From Gemmatimonadota bacterium (GTDB lineage: Bacteria; Gemmatimonadota; Gemmatimonadetes; Gemmatimonadales; GWC2-71-9): DNA of 32,100 nt. The DNA lies in the NCBI GenBank assembly GCA_003221825.1, contig QHUE01000164.1, positions 1 to 32,100 of the forward strand, given 5' to 3'. Shown here piece after piece: positions 28,897 to 32,100 of this stretch; position 1 is the first letter of the stretch, and each line of letters starts with the position of its first letter. Below the pieces are notes generated by a model. The model was not told where the DNA came from. It saw nothing but the letters and a program-made list of their open reading frames with translations, and did no database searches. Both the position numbers and the translations under genes were made by a program.

Positions 28897-30320
28897 ATGA
28901 TTGCACTAGCGCGCAAGTATCGCCCCAAGCAATTCGCCGATCTCATCGCCCAGGAGCACGTCGCTGCCGCGCTCCGCGGCGCCGTCGCGCAGGGGCGGGT
29001 CGCCCACGGCTATCTCTTCGCCGGTCCCCGGGGCGTCGGCAAGACCACCGCGGCCCGCATCCTCGCCATGGCGCTGAACTGCGAGCGTCGCGCGGCAGCC
29101 GGCGAGCCGTGCGGTGAGTGCGACTCCTGCAGGCGGATCTGGACCGGCGCGGCCAATCTGGATGTTGTCGAGCTCGACGCCGCGTCGAACCGCGGCGTCG
29201 ATGACGCGCGCGATTTGCGCGAGCGGGCGATGTATGCGGCGAGCACCGACGCCGGGTCCAAGGTCTACATCGTTGACGAAGCGCACATGCTCACGCGCGA
29301 GGCGTGGAATGCGCTGCTCAAGATTCTCGAGGAGCCGCCCCCTCGCGTCGTGTTCGTCTTCGCGACCACCGAGCCGCAGAAGATCGCCAACACCGCAGCG
29401 CCGATTCTGTCGCGGCTGCAGCGCTTCGATTTCCGCCGCATCGGCCCGCACGCGATCGTCGCTCGGCTGAAGGACGTCGCGAAAGCCGAGCAGCTGCACG
29501 TCGAGGACGACGCGATGCATCTCATTGCCAAAAGCGCGAACGGAGGGATGCGCGACGCGCTCTCGCTGCTCGATCAGGTGCTGTCGTTCGGCGCGGGCCC
29601 GGTCACGGCCGCGCGCGTCCGCGAAGTGCTGGGCTTGATCCCCGACGAGCTGTACGGCGATATGCTGCGTGCCATCGTCGAGCGCGATCCCGCGGGCGTG
29701 TTCCCGCTGGTCGAGCGACTGCTCGAGGCGGGCGCCGACTTCGGCGAATTCGTGAACGGCGCCGGCGAGACGCTGCGCGCGCTGCTGCTCGTGGGCGTCG
29801 GCGGCCAGCCCGAGGGACTGACCGAAGGCCTGATGGCGGTGGTGCGCGCGTACGCGCCGCAGCTCCCGCCCGCCGACGTCGTCCGGTTGCTCACGATTCT
29901 CAGTGAATCCGATCGCCGCCGCCTCAATCGCCGCCCGTCGGCAAGAAGTTAGAGCCCACCCTCGACAACGTGCGATCGGTCTGGCCCAAGATCGTCAGCG
30001 ACGCGCGCGGGAAAACTCCGTTGCTCGGCAGTCTGCTTTCGGAGGTAGAGGTGGTCGCGGTCGAGGGTCGCACCGTGACACTCCGTCCCGGTAACGCCGT
30101 GCACGCCGAGGGGCTCGAACGGCAGCGCGAGACCATCGCCCAGGCCCTGGGCGCCTATATCAGCGAAGCGCCGCGCGTGCAGATCGCAGCTGGTGGAACC
30201 GGCGGCTCGGAGCGGATGACTCCGCAGGGGGCGAACGCCGAGCGACTGAAGAGTCTGCGAGCCAAGGATCCGACCCTGAGCGCCGCCGTAGACGCATTAG
30301 ATTTGGAGCTGCTCGAATAG
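28897..30320 (+). CDS. dnaX: DNA polymerase III subunit gamma/tau; deletion/frameshift at ~29910
   Basis: ARKYRP, GPRGVGKTT, C4 Zn cluster, DEAH, SRLQRF, GGMRDALS. The C-terminal domain (EPTLDNVRSVW...DALDLELLE) is in another frame, ending at 30320. Confidence 0.92.
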
Positions 30321-30356
30321 CTTGCCAACAGTGCCACGCGGGGTAACTTTCGACGT

Positions 30357-30674
30357 ATGGCGGATTTATCTAGCCTGCTCCAGCTCTCCCAGCAGATGCA
30401 GGGGCGGCTGACTGAGATCCAGACACAGCTGGCGCAGCAGACTTTGACGGTATCGGCCGGTGGCGGCATGGTCCAGGCCACGGTGGACGGTCGGGGGCAC
30501 ATTCGCGGCATCAAGATCGACCCCGAAGCAGTCAAGCAGGGGGATGTCGAGATGCTCGAGGACCTCGTGCTGGCCGCCGTAGCAGAGGCGCAGAAGCGCG
30601 CGGCCGAGCTGTATCAAGCCGAGGTGCGGAAGCTGGCGTCGGGTCTGCCGTTCCCATTCCAGTTGCCGCTCTAG
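30357..30674 (+). CDS. ybaB: YbaB/EbfC nucleoid-associated protein
   Basis: AGGGMV, IDP, DVEMLEDLVLAA; dnaX-ybaB-recR synteny. Confidence 0.93.
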   Translation: MADLSSLLQLSQQMQGRLTEIQTQLAQQTLTVSAGGGMVQATVDGRGHIRGIKIDPEAVKQGDVEMLEDLVLAAVAEAQKRAAELYQAEVRKLASGLPFPFQLPL

Positions 30675-30692
30675 GCGCCGCCCCCGGCCCCC

Positions 30693-31295
30693 GTGTCCGC
30701 CATCGAGGAGCTCGTGGCGGAGCTCGCGAAGCTCCCCGGCATCGGGCGTAAGACCGCCCAACGGCTCACGTTCCACTTGCTGAAACAGCCCGCGGAAACC
30801 GCGGAACGGTTGGCCGACGCCATCCGGCGGGTCCGCGGAACGGTCATGGCGTGCGGGGTATGCGGCAACCTCTCGGATGAGGATCCATGCCCGATTTGCC
30901 GCGACCCGCGGCGCGATGCTGCCTTGCTGTGCGTCGTCGAGGAATCGGGCGACGTCGGTGCGATCGAGCGGGCGGGCCGCTATCGCGGGCGCTACCATGT
31001 CCTGGGGGGCCGGATTTCGCCCCTGGATGGCGTCGGGCCGGACGAGCTGCATCTTGATCGGTTGCTCGCGCGGCTGCAGAACGGCTCCGAGGTGCGGGAG
31101 GTCATCGTCGCGACCAATCCCTCGATGGAGGGGGAGGCGACCGCCACGTACCTGCAACAGATCCTGAAGCCGATCGGGGTGCGCGTCACGCGGATCGCGC
31201 GGGGCCTGCCGGTGGGCGGCGACCTCGAGTACGCCGATGCGGTGACGATCGCCCAGGCGCTGGCGGCACGGCGCGACATGTCGGAGACCGACTGA
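30693..31295 (+). CDS. recR: Recombination mediator RecR
   Basis: LPGIGRKTAQRL HhH, C4 Zn finger, Toprim EGEATA, RIARGLPVGGDLEYAD. Confidence 0.97.
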   Translation: MSAIEELVAELAKLPGIGRKTAQRLTFHLLKQPAETAERLADAIRRVRGTVMACGVCGNLSDEDPCPICRDPRRDAALLCVVEESGDVGAIERAGRYRGRYHVLGGRISPLDGVGPDELHLDRLLARLQNGSEVREVIVATNPSMEGEATATYLQQILKPIGVRVTRIARGLPVGGDLEYADAVTIAQALAARRDMSETD

Positions 31296-31310
31296 TCCAT
31301 TAGGAGGCGC

Positions 31311-31796
31311 ATGGCCGGGGCCGCAAGCTGGTCTTTCAACGAGAACGATTTCAAGCAAATCCAGACGCACCTGCAGGCGTTCCTGCGTGACTCGAACGCC
31401 CGCTGTGCGCTGCTCGTCGATCGCAACGGCCAGCTCGTCGCCACCGTCGGAGAAACGCCGCAGTTCGATCCGACCGCCTTTGCCTCACTGACCGCCGCGG
31501 ACTTCAGCGCCAACGATCAGCTCGCGAAGATGATCGGCGAAGCGGAATTCGCGTCGCTCGTGCATCAGGGCGAGCGCGAGTCGATGTATCTCGCGGACGT
31601 CGCCAAGCGGGTGATTCTCGTCGTGCTGTTCGACCAGCGCGCCACGCTGGGACTCGTGAAACTCAAGGCCAAATCGGTCGTGGGAGAGCTAAACAAAGTC
31701 TTCGCGGAGATGTTCAATCGGGTCGGCACGGGTCAGGCCCAGCAGAAGGGCCTGCTCGAAGGGGCGGAAGACGAAATTGACAAACTCTTCGGTTAA
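31311..31796 (+). CDS. mglB: Roadblock/LC7 protein MglB
   Basis: ALLVDRNGQL, FASLTAA..A..QLAKMIGE.EF, TLGLVKL; directly upstream of mglA. Confidence 0.88.
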   Translation: MAGAASWSFNENDFKQIQTHLQAFLRDSNARCALLVDRNGQLVATVGETPQFDPTAFASLTAADFSANDQLAKMIGEAEFASLVHQGERESMYLADVAKRVILVVLFDQRATLGLVKLKAKSVVGELNKVFAEMFNRVGTGQAQQKGLLEGAEDEIDKLFG

Positions 31797-31808
31797 GGGA
31801 ACGCGCCC

Positions 31809-32100
31809 ATGTCGATGATCAACTACGCGTCCCGCGAGATCAACTGCAAGCTCGTCTATTACGGACCGGGCCTGGGCGGGAAGACGACCAACCTGGAGCA
31901 CATTTACGGGAAGGTCTCGCCCAACACGCGTGGCAAGATGATCTCGCTCGCGACCGAAACCGAGCGGACCCTGTTCTTCGATTTTCTCCCGGTCGATCTC
32001 GGCACGATTCGCGGCTTCAAAACGCGATTCCACTTGTACACCGTCCCCGGCCAGGTCTACTACAACGCCAGCCGCAAACTCATCCTCAAAGGCGTGGACG
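31809..32100 (+). CDS. mglA: Small GTPase MglA (partial, runs off window)
   Basis: Read manually: [63 protein letters not shown]. Confidence 0.95.
   Translation, partial: MSMINYASREINCKLVYYGPGLGGKTTNLEHIYGKVSPNTRGKMISLATETERTLFFDFLPVDLGTIRGFKTRFHLYTVPGQVYYNASRKLILKGVD

Noticed and set aside
29890-29970. Programmed frameshift producing DnaX gamma/tau
   Set aside because: No A-rich slippery run is present, and the end of domain III appears to be missing, which indicates a deletion rather than recoding.

Overview
High-GC bacterial chromosome segment. Gene content and protein styles suggest Gemmatimonadota (inference, not tested). Left to right: small membrane and pilin-like ORFs; an SPFH/slipin gene with a strongly structured ~180-nt 5' leader; a secreted GH43-CBM32-Fn3 glycosidase; a minus-strand phospho-signalling operon (Zn-ribbon-FHA protein, membrane Ser/Thr kinase, membrane PP2C phosphatase, FHA-TM-coiled-coil-trypsin protease). 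Divergent from it are an amidase, an HExxH-peptidase/propeller/beta-barrel outer-membrane protein and a second kinase ending in PEGA + TonB-C domains. Then come a gamma-CA protein, class II RNR nrdJ, two paralogous Zn-finger ORFs flanking a MOSC gene, MarR, pyk, a PhnP-like MBL hydrolase, class II aldolase, YtxH, YihY, threonine aldolase, a membrane-anchored JAB/MPN protein plus an Ig-like partner, ffs (SRP RNA) inside heptamer inverted repeats, dnaX-ybaB-recR and mglB-mglA. Important caveat: at least 7 genes, including normally essential nrdJ and dnaX, carry internal deletions or a fold-back inversion. These most likely are assembly/amplification artefacts, so apparent fusions and pseudogenes should not be taken at face value. 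Best novelty candidates: the two-state RNA leader of the SPFH gene, the trans-envelope kinase/FHA/protease/TonB-C cluster, the membrane JAB protein, and the repeat-embedded, oppositely oriented ffs. All calls come from reading motifs by eye; no database search was run.
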